This document shows, piece after piece, positions 28,869-35,648 of a DNA stretch of 35,648 nucleotides. The translations under genes were made by a program, and so were the position numbers. The DNA is taken from NCBI GenBank assembly GCA_964492935.1, contig CAZBLF010000009.1, forward strand, positions 1-35,648, given 5' to 3'. This stretch comes from an uncultured Methanosarcinales archaeon (GTDB lineage Archaea; Nanobdellota; Nanobdellia; Woesearchaeales; JACPBV01). Within the stretch, counting starts at the first letter, position 1. Each line of letters opens with the position of its first letter. The notes under the pieces were generated by a model that did not search any database, was not told where the DNA came from, and saw nothing but the letters and a program-made list of their open reading frames with translations.

Positions 28869-29599
28869 GGCTTGAAGTTTTTTTGTGCTAGCTCTAGTTG
28901 TTCTTTGTTACCGATGTCGATCCATTGTTTTTCGGTGGTGAAACAGTAGACATCGTCCTTTTTGTGGAGATGCTCTAGGAAATTTCCTGCTTTATCGGTA
29001 TTTGGGAATTGGTTTACGAACTCCTTTAGGGTTTTTACTGCATCGCGAGTGTAGAGGTAGACGCCGGTCGATGCTAGGGTTGACTTTGGTTGTTCTGGTT
29101 TTTCTTCGAACTCGATCATCTTGTTGTTTTCGTCTATTGCAACGATTCCGTATAATTTCGCTAGTTCTTCGTCTTTAACGTCATAGAGTGCTACAACGCT
29201 TTTCTGCTTTTCTTGGTAGAATTTTTCTAGATCTGCTAGTGAGAATTGGAAGAGGTTGTCGCCTGCTACAACGAGGATGTCGTCTTGGATGTTTTCTTGT
29301 TCTAATACGTAATTAACATCTCCTAGCGATCCTAGACGGTCTTCATTAGAGGTTGTTTGGTCGTTGACGATGGTTATGGGTGTCTCGTAAGTGAAGTTTG
29401 CTTTCCAGTCTTCGAAATGTTTGTGGAATTTATCATTGGTGATGATGTAAATATGATCAACTGAGGTCATGTCTTTTATTTTATCGAGAAGATGTGCTAC
29501 GATGGGTTTTCCTTGGACTTCTAGAAGTGGTTTGGGTTGGTTTTCGGTTAATGGATAGAGTCTTGTTGCGTATCCTGCCGCGAGTAGAATTGCTTTCAT
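28865..29599 (-). CDS. Sugar-phosphate nucleotidyltransferase (NTP_transferase family)
   Basis: MKAILLAAGYATRLYPLT..PKPLL, AGDN, FEEKP and WIDIG. Confidence 0.93.
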   Translation of the reverse strand: MKAILLAAGYATRLYPLTENQPKPLLEVQGKPIVAHLLDKIKDMTSVDHIYIITNDKFHKHFEDWKANFTYETPITIVNDQTTSNEDRLGSLGDVNYVLEQENIQDDILVVAGDNLFQFSLADLEKFYQEKQKSVVALYDVKDEELAKLYGIVAIDENNKMIEFEEKPEQPKSTLASTGVYLYTRDAVKTLKEFVNQFPNTDKAGNFLEHLHKKDDVYCFTTEKQWIDIGNKEQLELAQKNFKP

Positions 29600-29601
29600 G
29601 A

Positions 29602-30900
29602 TTACCTACCTACGCCGATATAGTTGAATCCTAATTGTTCCATCTCGTCTGGCTCGTAGATGTTTCTTCCATCGACAATATTGGGTTGGTTCATTGATTC
29701 TTTTACTTTATTAAGATCGAGATTTCTGAATTCGTTCCATTCGGTTACGATGACCAATGCATCTGCACCTTTTGCTGATTCATACGGATCTTGCGTGTAG
29801 GTGATGTCTTTGAGTACGGTTTTAGCCGTTTCTTCTGCCTCTGGATCGAAGGCTTGGATTATTGCTCCTTGCTCTTGGAGTTGATTGATGATGGTGATTG
29901 AGGGAGCTTCTCGCATGTCATCGGTTTTGGGTTTGAAGGCTAGGCCCCAGATTGCGATGTTCTTTCCTTTAAGATCGGGAACAAGACTCTTTATTTTTGG
30001 TAAGAGGGATTGCTTCTGTTCGTTGTTGACTTGTTCGACTGCGGTGATGACGGTTGACTTGAGATTGTGCTGTTGGAGTGTCTTTGCTAGGGCTTTGACG
30101 TCTTTTGGGAAGCAGCTTCCGCCGTATCCTACGCCTGCTTGCAGGAATCTCGGACCGATTCTTGTGTCGAGTCCCATTCCGCGAGCGACGTCTTTGATGT
30201 CTGCGCCGGTTTTCTCGCATAAGGCAGCAATTTCATTCATGAAGCTGATTCTTGTTGCGAGCATTGCGTTAGAGGTGTATTTGATGATCTCTGCAGATTT
30301 GATATCGGTAAACATGATGGGTCGGTCGATTCTTGCAACGCCTTCGAAGAGTGAGCTAAGAATCTTTTTTGGTTTTTCTGAGTCTGTTCCGATAACGACA
30401 CGATCGGGATTCATGAAATCTCTAATGGCTGCGCCTTCTCTTAAGAATTCGGGATTGGAAACGACGTCGAATTCGATTTCTTCTTTTTGGTTTTCTTTGA
30501 TGATGGTTTTAACAATGTCTCCGGTGCCTACGGGAACGGTTGATTTGTTAACGATGATTTTGTACTCTTGCATATTTTCGGCAATGGTTTTAGCAACTGC
30601 TTTTACTGCTGATAGGTCTGCTTCGTCATCTTTTCCGGGTGGCGTGCCGACTGCGGTGAAGATGACTTCTGCATGGTTTACTCCAGCAGATGCATCGGTT
30701 GAGAATTGGATTCTTTTTTCTCTCAGATTTCTCTTGAGCATGTCGCCTAATCCTGGCTCATAGATCGGTACGTTGCCTTCTTGTAATGCTTTTACTTTGG
30801 CATCGTCAATGTCTAGACAGATGACATCATTACCTAATTCTGCTAGGCAAACACCTACGGTTAAGCCAACGTATCCACTGCCGAAAACGGTTATTTTCAT
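29602..30900 (-). CDS. ugd: UDP-glucose 6-dehydrogenase
   Basis: GSGYVGL, KSTVPVGT, SNPEFLREG, GYGGSCFPKD and GLAFKPKTDDMRE. Confidence 0.96.
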   Translation of the reverse strand: MKITVFGSGYVGLTVGVCLAELGNDVICLDIDDAKVKALQEGNVPIYEPGLGDMLKRNLREKRIQFSTDASAGVNHAEVIFTAVGTPPGKDDEADLSAVKAVAKTIAENMQEYKIIVNKSTVPVGTGDIVKTIIKENQKEEIEFDVVSNPEFLREGAAIRDFMNPDRVVIGTDSEKPKKILSSLFEGVARIDRPIMFTDIKSAEIIKYTSNAMLATRISFMNEIAALCEKTGADIKDVARGMGLDTRIGPRFLQAGVGYGGSCFPKDVKALAKTLQQHNLKSTVITAVEQVNNEQKQSLLPKIKSLVPDLKGKNIAIWGLAFKPKTDDMREAPSITIINQLQEQGAIIQAFDPEAEETAKTVLKDITYTQDPYESAKGADALVIVTEWNEFRNLDLNKVKESMNQPNIVDGRNIYEPDEMEQLGFNYIGVGR

Positions 30901-30980
30901 ACTGGAAGAGGGTAGAAAGCTCTTTAAAAAGGTTGTTGAAAACTGAATGAAATGTATGGGAGTATAAATTGTAATCTACG

Positions 30981-31090
30981 TTGCACTTGCCATTCTCGGT
31001 TGTCCAGTGTGTTAGAGGCTTAGGACTTGTAATTACATTGCCTAAGACCTTTCTGACTTGCACTTGCCACTTGCCAGGTGCGGCCATGGC
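30981..31090 (+). ncRNA. Candidate structured RNA or hairpin element with direct repeats
   Basis: TTGCACTTGCCA at 30981-30992 and 31058-31069. Long stem-loop at 31011-31057 (GUUAGA/UCUGAC, CUUAGG/CCUAAG). GCCAU(30989)/AUGGC(31086) closing pair. GTATAAAT at 30962-30969 upstream. Confidence 0.35.
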
Positions 31091-31120
31091 AAATATAAAT
31101 GCGAATCACTTACAATTTAC

Positions 31121-31825
31121 ATGATAACAGAAAGCTTTGCTCGATGTATAGCCAAGATAAGCGGAGATGGCTACCTCTATCATCGCTACATTCGTTATAG
31201 CAATACCTGTCCTGAGTTGCTGCAAGAATTTAGGGAAGATGTCGTTGCAGAATTTGGAGATATCCCTTTAACTGAAGGTGTTGGGAATTCGGGAACTCCG
31301 TTTGTTCAAATTCACAGAAAAGAAATAATCAAAACGTTTCTTGATGTTCTTCCTGACTTTAGAAGTGATTTCATCTTTGTTCCTCATGCAGTGCATGGAG
31401 GTAATCTCCCTGTTAAGAAAGCGTATCTTCGTGCATTTTATGATGATGAAGGTTCTCCCTGTCTTCGGCTAAATAGAAGCACTAACGAATGGAAGAGAAG
31501 TTTGACTTTAACATCCAATTCAAAGCGAATTCTTGAACAGATTAAACAAATTCTCAAGGAAGATTTTCATATCACCACCAACATTATCATCAGAACATCA
31601 AGATTTTCAGAACGCGATCGCTCATTTGTGCTTGGAATAACTGGCAAAGAAAACTTGATCAACTTCCAAAAAAATATCGGTTCTTTGGTCCCTTCTAAAA
31701 TTAGAAGATTAGCATTAATTATTGAAAGTTATGGCCAAACTTACGCTAGAAATAGGCAGGGGTTTGAAGAGATAAAAGAAAAGGTGGACAGCTTTCCTCG
31801 TTTCCCGCTTAAGGCAGTACCGTGA
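31121..31825 (+). CDS. Free-standing double-motif LAGLIDADG homing endonuclease-like protein
   Basis: Motif 1 FARCIAKISGDGY, motif 2 AYLRAFYDDEGS, and LTSNSKRILEQIKQIL. ATG 31121 has ATATAAAT ~21-28 nt upstream. No intein splicing termini. Confidence 0.85.
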   Translation: MITESFARCIAKISGDGYLYHRYIRYSNTCPELLQEFREDVVAEFGDIPLTEGVGNSGTPFVQIHRKEIIKTFLDVLPDFRSDFIFVPHAVHGGNLPVKKAYLRAFYDDEGSPCLRLNRSTNEWKRSLTLTSNSKRILEQIKQILKEDFHITTNIIIRTSRFSERDRSFVLGITGKENLINFQKNIGSLVPSKIRRLALIIESYGQTYARNRQGFEEIKEKVDSFPRFPLKAVP

Positions 31826-31895
31826 AGAACGGAGGCTCGCTTGACTTCTGTGTTCGAAATGAGAACAGGTATGACCAAGCCCCTATGGCCGTCCA
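31785..31895 (-). rRNA. rrf: 5S ribosomal RNA (unlinked, ~111 nt)
   Basis: The minus strand reads UGGACGGCCAUAG..CCUGUUCUCAUUUCGAACACAGAAGUCAAGC..GUACUG..GGGAAA..GCUGUCCA. It has helix I UGGACGGC/GCUGUCCA and the conserved CGAAC and GAAGUYAAGC. TTTAAAAA TATA at 31917-31924 and a U-rich tract after the 3' end. Confidence 0.92.
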
Positions 31896-31931
31896 ATGAT
31901 TAGAATTCAAGCTGTGTTTAAAAAGCTTTAC

Positions 31932-32141
31932 TTATTTCTTCTTCTTTCCTTTTTTTGGCTTGACGCTACAGCAGTGTTCTTCGCGCTCCTGAATGCTCAT
32001 GGAGAGAATTACGAGTGCTGCGATGATGACTCCTGTTTTTCCGATGCCGCCATCAATAAGGGCGAAAATGATGATGAAAATACTCAAAATGAGCCTTGAA
32101 TCGTGTTTCTCGGGATGTCCATTATTCGAACAAAATGCCAT
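31932..32141 (-). CDS. Small 2-TM membrane protein with basic tail
   Basis: AGGTGG Shine-Dalgarno-like sequence upstream of the ATG, two hydrophobic helices, and an HCC plus Lys-rich C-terminus. Confidence 0.55.
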   Translation of the reverse strand: MAFCSNNGHPEKHDSRLILSIFIIIFALIDGGIGKTGVIIAALVILSMSIQEREEHCCSVKPKKGKKKK

Positions 32142-32220
32142 GTGCTACCACCTTCTTTTTTTTGTACTATTGGAAATATAATCCAATTTCCAATTCCTCA
32201 GATCGATCCTCAGATCAGAG

Positions 32221-33663
32221 TTACTTATGCTCGACGACTTCAATCTTGTAATCGTCATCTAATGCTATGACATCGTCCTTATTTAACTGTTTCGATTCCT
32301 TGGGTTCTTCCAAATCTGCAAATGGATCTTCCTCGGTTTCCTCAGCTTGCTCGGTTTCCGGTTCATTATAACGGACTTCCTCTGGCATGGCATCATTGAG
32401 AACTTCTTGTGCTTTTACGTAATCTGAAGCTGCTCTCATTTCTTCATGGGTTTCCTCTTGTTGTTTCTCTTGCTCGATTTCGGAGATTCTTTTCACGGAG
32501 ATGAGGCCAAAGAGCCCGGATTTTTTCTTTTTCACGGGTTCGTCAAAGCTTTCTAGATTGTCGGGATCGATCTCCTTCCAATCTGACTCTTCATCTTGGG
32601 TATTGAGTTTAAGTTCTTCTTTGTGTTTACCAGATGCGACTGCGTATTGAATTGCATTGATTTCTTCCTGTTGAAGGTGTTGCCAGTCGTTCTTGGGTTC
32701 ATGCTTGGATACGCTGTTGCCGGCGTAGCTAATATCGTCCTCGGCCTCATAGGCGAAATCTTGATAGGAATCTTCTGCGGCTTGATCGGTTTTTGAAGGT
32801 GCTGTCGTGGGTTTGAAGAGTTCTCTTAAGCGGGATTTTGTTTTAGGGGGTGGTGGAGGTGGTCCGGGTGGAAGAGGGAGTTCTGAGAGTGGCGGCAATG
32901 GAGCATCGGGAGTGGAGATGTCTTCGACCTTGGTCGCTATTTCGTCCATGCGCTCTCCCAATTTTTTGCTGGTTTCCAGAAGAAGATTGATGGCATCTGG
33001 ATGGATTTGTGGTTCGGGTGCGGCTTCGGGAACGGGGATAGGGGGTGTTTCTGGTTGGATGGGTTCTGGGGTTGGTTCTGGTTCGGGTGTTGGTTCGGGA
33101 TCTGGGGTTGGTTCTGGTGTGGGTTCTGGGATTTCTGGTTCTTGTTGAGTCTCGGATTCTGGTTCCTGGATTTCGGGTTCGGGTGTTGGTTCTGGTTGTG
33201 GCTCAGGTGGAGGGATTTGGGCTGCGATTGCCTTTGCTTTTGCCTGTGCTTTCTGTGTTGCGAGCTCTTGCTTGAGATTTCTTCGTTCTTCTCGAGCTGC
33301 GTTTTTTGCAAGAATGCGCTCTTGCTTGAATTTTTCTTTTTCCGCCTGTAGTGCTGTTTTTTGCTCGAAACGCTCCTTTTTGAGATTGAGCTTTTCTTTA
33401 AGCTCTATTTTCTTGCGCTCGAGGCTTTCGGATTTTGCTATTTCTCGTTTCTTTTGGAGTTCTTCCTTTCTCTGGAGTATTTCTTCCTTTTTGTTCTTGA
33501 TATTGGATTTTATGTTGCCCTTTAGATTATCTTTCTTTTCGTCGACAGAACTCATGAAAATCGATGCTTTATTCTTTGCCTTGTCTGCTAGCGTCTTCAG
33601 AAATGCTTTTTTCTTTCTTCCACCGAGATAACGGCCCATATCTTTCGAAAATCCCTTTCCCAT
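32221..33663 (-). CDS. Hypothetical low-complexity protein: basic coiled coil, PE/PT-repeat linker, polyproline, acidic C-terminus
   Basis: 480-aa ORF with TTTAAA (33688-33693) upstream. Contains PEPTPEP repeats and PLPPGPPPPPPK. Confidence 0.8.
   Translation of the reverse strand: MGKGFSKDMGRYLGGRKKKAFLKTLADKAKNKASIFMSSVDEKKDNLKGNIKSNIKNKKEEILQRKEELQKKREIAKSESLERKKIELKEKLNLKKERFEQKTALQAEKEKFKQERILAKNAAREERRNLKQELATQKAQAKAKAIAAQIPPPEPQPEPTPEPEIQEPESETQQEPEIPEPTPEPTPDPEPTPEPEPTPEPIQPETPPIPVPEAAPEPQIHPDAINLLLETSKKLGERMDEIATKVEDISTPDAPLPPLSELPLPPGPPPPPPKTKSRLRELFKPTTAPSKTDQAAEDSYQDFAYEAEDDISYAGNSVSKHEPKNDWQHLQQEEINAIQYAVASGKHKEELKLNTQDEESDWKEIDPDNLESFDEPVKKKKSGLFGLISVKRISEIEQEKQQEETHEEMRAASDYVKAQEVLNDAMPEEVRYNEPETEQAEETEEDPFADLEEPKESKQLNKDDVIALDDDYKIEVVEHK
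33020..33205 (-). repeat. Coding tandem repeats (PEPTPEP/PEPQ), seen as ggttctgg/ggttcggg units on the + strand
   Basis: Repeated imperfect 6-12 nt units encoding Pro-Glu/Pro-Thr. Confidence 0.8.
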
Positions 33664-33702
33664 AGACGCGTCTGGGGATTGAAAATATTTAAACCTTTTT
33701 GT

Positions 33703-34809
33703 TTAGAGCTCGACGGTTATGGTTTTATCGCGAGGATTGAGATCTTTGATGATTTTGTGGCTTTTGAGCTTCTTTTTCATCTCTTGGAGCGTCATTTCTT
33801 GTTTTGCGTCATTTATTTGTTGCATTAGCTTCTGGAGGAGTTGGTATTGAGAGTAAATAAGCTCTCCTTTGTCTTGCTCTTCCTTGGATTGGATTTCTAT
33901 CTGTTGGAGGTGTTTCTTTTGTGTTTTGAGTATTCTTTCTAGTTTTTCCTTTGCTTTTTCTTTTGGGGTTTTTTCTCGAATTTCTAGATTTTTGGAGCAA
34001 TAGGTGTCGAGTGCCCCACTATAGGTCTTGAATGGCTTTTGTTCTAGGTCTTTGTAAAGCTCTAGAGGGATGGGGACGACGTCGATGATCTCGTCTTCTT
34101 CAGTGATGATTGCTGGTTCTGGAGAACGTGAAAGGACTTCTTTGATCTTTTTTGAGATGCTGCTTGCCTGCTCCTTGTTGAGCTCGCTTGCCTTTTTTGT
34201 TTTGGGAGTATCTGCTAACTTGCAGACTTCCTCTGCATACGTTCCGCCAATGCCGATCTCGGTTGCAAGGCATTTTACTAATGTTTTTATACTTTTTTTG
34301 AGGATGTTGACTATGTCTTGCTCTTTCGCTTTGAAAATGTTTATGGGCATGGTAGGATAGGAGTAGGGTTGCTTTGGTCTGATAACTCGCTCTTTGAAGG
34401 TGTTGTGTTTTAGTGTTGCGAGGATAGTTTCGTCTTTCTTGGTGAGAATGACATTTCCTTTAGCAAATAATTCGATGTAGAGGTTCATCTTTTCTTCTTT
34501 TTCTAGTTCTAGTTTCAGGATTCTTTCGCTTTCGCACTGAGTTACTTTGTTTACACGCGCATTGAGGATATGTCTACGCAGGTCGAGGCAGAACCCCGAT
34601 GGTTTTTCATGAGGGCGTTTATTCTTACTGAGGAAGCAGAAACTTCCATTGAAATATTTTAGAATTTTCTTGCCTAACGTAGGTACATGAAAGACGATGT
34701 AGAGTTCCTCTTTATCCGGATGATAGATGGAGTCTACTTTAGCTTGCTCTAGTAGTTGGAGTTCTTGTACTAGGTAATTTATTTCTACAGAGGTGAGATT
34801 TGATTTCAT
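33703..34809 (-). CDS. NFACT/Rqc2 (RqcH/FbpA) family protein, N-terminal domains only
   Basis: PSGFCLDLRRHI, ESERILKL, YIELFAKGNVIL, the HhH motif GIGGTYAEEVC, and a coiled coil with KGELIY. It ends at 368 aa with no recognisable NFACT-R domain. Confidence 0.88.
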   Translation of the reverse strand: MKSNLTSVEINYLVQELQLLEQAKVDSIYHPDKEELYIVFHVPTLGKKILKYFNGSFCFLSKNKRPHEKPSGFCLDLRRHILNARVNKVTQCESERILKLELEKEEKMNLYIELFAKGNVILTKKDETILATLKHNTFKERVIRPKQPYSYPTMPINIFKAKEQDIVNILKKSIKTLVKCLATEIGIGGTYAEEVCKLADTPKTKKASELNKEQASSISKKIKEVLSRSPEPAIITEEDEIIDVVPIPLELYKDLEQKPFKTYSGALDTYCSKNLEIREKTPKEKAKEKLERILKTQKKHLQQIEIQSKEEQDKGELIYSQYQLLQKLMQQINDAKQEMTLQEMKKKLKSHKIIKDLNPRDKTITVEL

Positions 34810-34842
34810 GTGTTGGTAGTTGAGGCAATCCTATATAATATT

Positions 34843-34960
34843 TAGCTAAAAAAATCGTTTTGTGGCGATAATGAGGCACGGCGCGATAATGAGTTGCATC
34901 TGAAGATGAAACTCATGCGCCTCGATGGGCGTCATTATCGTCACTAGCTAAAAAGATCGT
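34843..34960. mobile_element. MITE/REP-like 83-nt hairpin flanked by 16-bp direct repeats
   Basis: TAGCTAAAAAAATCGT (34843-34858) and TAGCTAAAAAGATCGT (34945-34960) differ by 1 mismatch. Nested IRs between them at 34862-34944: GTGGCGATAATGA/TCATTATCGTCAC, GGCGC/GCGCC, ATGAGTT/AACTCAT, CATC/GATG. Confidence 0.55.
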
Positions 34961-34966
34961 AGATTG

Positions 34967-35566
34967 CTAGGTAGCCTTTGAAGCCGAGTGTTTTTGCATC
35001 CTTAAGAATATCTGCGGTGATGGTTCCGCGATCGAGCTCTGCCTGGATTGCGGTGATGATGTTGTCGTTGTTGAGTGGGTATTGTTACAGGATTCACAAA
35101 CGTCACCGTATTGGTCTTCGGCATGGCATTTAGGGCAATTTCCTTTAATGTAGCGGTCTGAAAGAAATCGGTTACATTTAGTACAGTAAGAAAGTTCGAT
35201 TTCTTTTGTGTAAATGAGATTTTTTTCCTTTAATCGTTCAAAAATAAGGTCACAAAAGTACTTGTTTTCTTTGGAATTTGTTGAATAATAGCTGTCGAAC
35301 TTTATTGAGAAGGTTGTGAAGTCTCTGAGGTGTTCTTTGTGATATCTGCTGATTAATTGTTCTGGTAGAATGCCTTCTTTTTCTGCTGAAATTTGGATTG
35401 GGGTGCCGTGGGTGTCGTCTGCGCAGCAATATAAAGCGTTTTTACCAATTGCTTTTAAGAATCTTACATAGATATCTGTTTGGATGTATTCAACGAGATG
35501 GCCCACGTGGATAGAGCCGTTGCTATAGGGGAGGGCAGATGTTACGATTATTTGTTTTTTTGTCAT
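34967..35566 (-). pseudogene. metG: Methionyl-tRNA synthetase, N-terminal fragment only (truncated or chimeric)
   Basis: TSALPYSNGSIHVGH (HIGH motif), ADDTHGTPI and the Zn knuckle CxxC..FLSDRYIKGNCPKC..DQYGDVCESC. MetRS-like sequence stops at ~35072; no KMSKS or anticodon-binding domain. Confidence 0.85.
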
Positions 35567-35648
35567 GATGCTTTTTGGAGAGGGTGGATGTTTAAAAATG
35601 TATGGGGGAAAATCGAACTGAGAATGATTCACTTTCTCTGAATTATGA

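Noticed and set aside
29885..30763. 292-aa + strand ORF
   Set aside because: Antisense shadow of ugd with no motifs. The same applies to 4997-5509 opposite pepM.
30830..31087. 85-aa minus-strand ORF
   Set aside because: Overlaps the ugd start and promoter and has no recognisable motif; the region is better explained by nucleotide structure. Not fully excluded.
30981..31090. CRISPR mini-array, integron attC site or tRNA
   Set aside because: Only two 12-bp repeats and no cas genes. The GTTAGAG/CTGAC ends do not follow the RYYYAAC...GTTRRRY order. No T-loop or cloverleaf.
31058..31825. Intein- or intron-encoded endonuclease, and the TTG start at 31058
   Set aside because: No Cys/Ser...His-Asn splicing termini and no interrupted host gene; the 5S gene is intact and on the opposite strand. 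ATG 31121 fits the TATA spacing better.
32807..33631. Several Gly/Ser- or Trp/Phe-rich ORFs on + and in alternative frames
   Set aside because: Shadows of the low-complexity Pro/Glu/Lys repeats in the 480-aa gene.
34843..34960. Diversity-generating retroelement VR/TR pair
   Set aside because: The repeat is only 16 bp with one mismatch, and there is no reverse transcriptase in the window.
34944..35075. Programmed frameshift completing metG
   Set aside because: The alternative frame is only 43 codons and has no MetRS motifs.

Overview
A compact archaeal genome segment, most consistent with a DPANN/Woesearchaeota-like organism. That assignment is an inference from TATA boxes about 20-30 nt before largely leaderless ATGs, an unlinked short 5S rRNA, an archaeal-type NFACT and DPM1/GT-C glycosylation genes. 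About 31 kb is a surface-glycan biosynthesis island. It starts with a phosphonate module: Ppd, a PhpC/FomC-like Fe-ADH, a cytidylyltransferase-PepM fusion, two Thr-nucleophile alkaline-phosphatase-superfamily proteins and a small RHH protein with a sulfatase-like 'LxxMGYID' tail. The module predicts CMP-2-hydroxyethylphosphonate and a phosphonylated glycan. The rest of the island holds a flippase, GT4/GT9/GT2 enzymes, three GT-C-like membrane proteins, Gmd, a His-type (ColD-like) PLP enzyme, an SDR-GT2 fusion, AsnB, Ugd, a nucleotidyltransferase-kinase fusion and a compositionally foreign orphan with a Zn-hydrolase-like C-terminus. The island ends at a structured repeat/hairpin region and a free-standing LAGLIDADG endonuclease whose ORF runs antisense into a 5S rRNA gene. 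After that come a disordered Pro-rich protein, a short NFACT, a hairpin element flanked by 16-bp direct repeats, and a truncated, apparently chimeric metG. All calls come from motif reading only; no database searches or folding programs were run.
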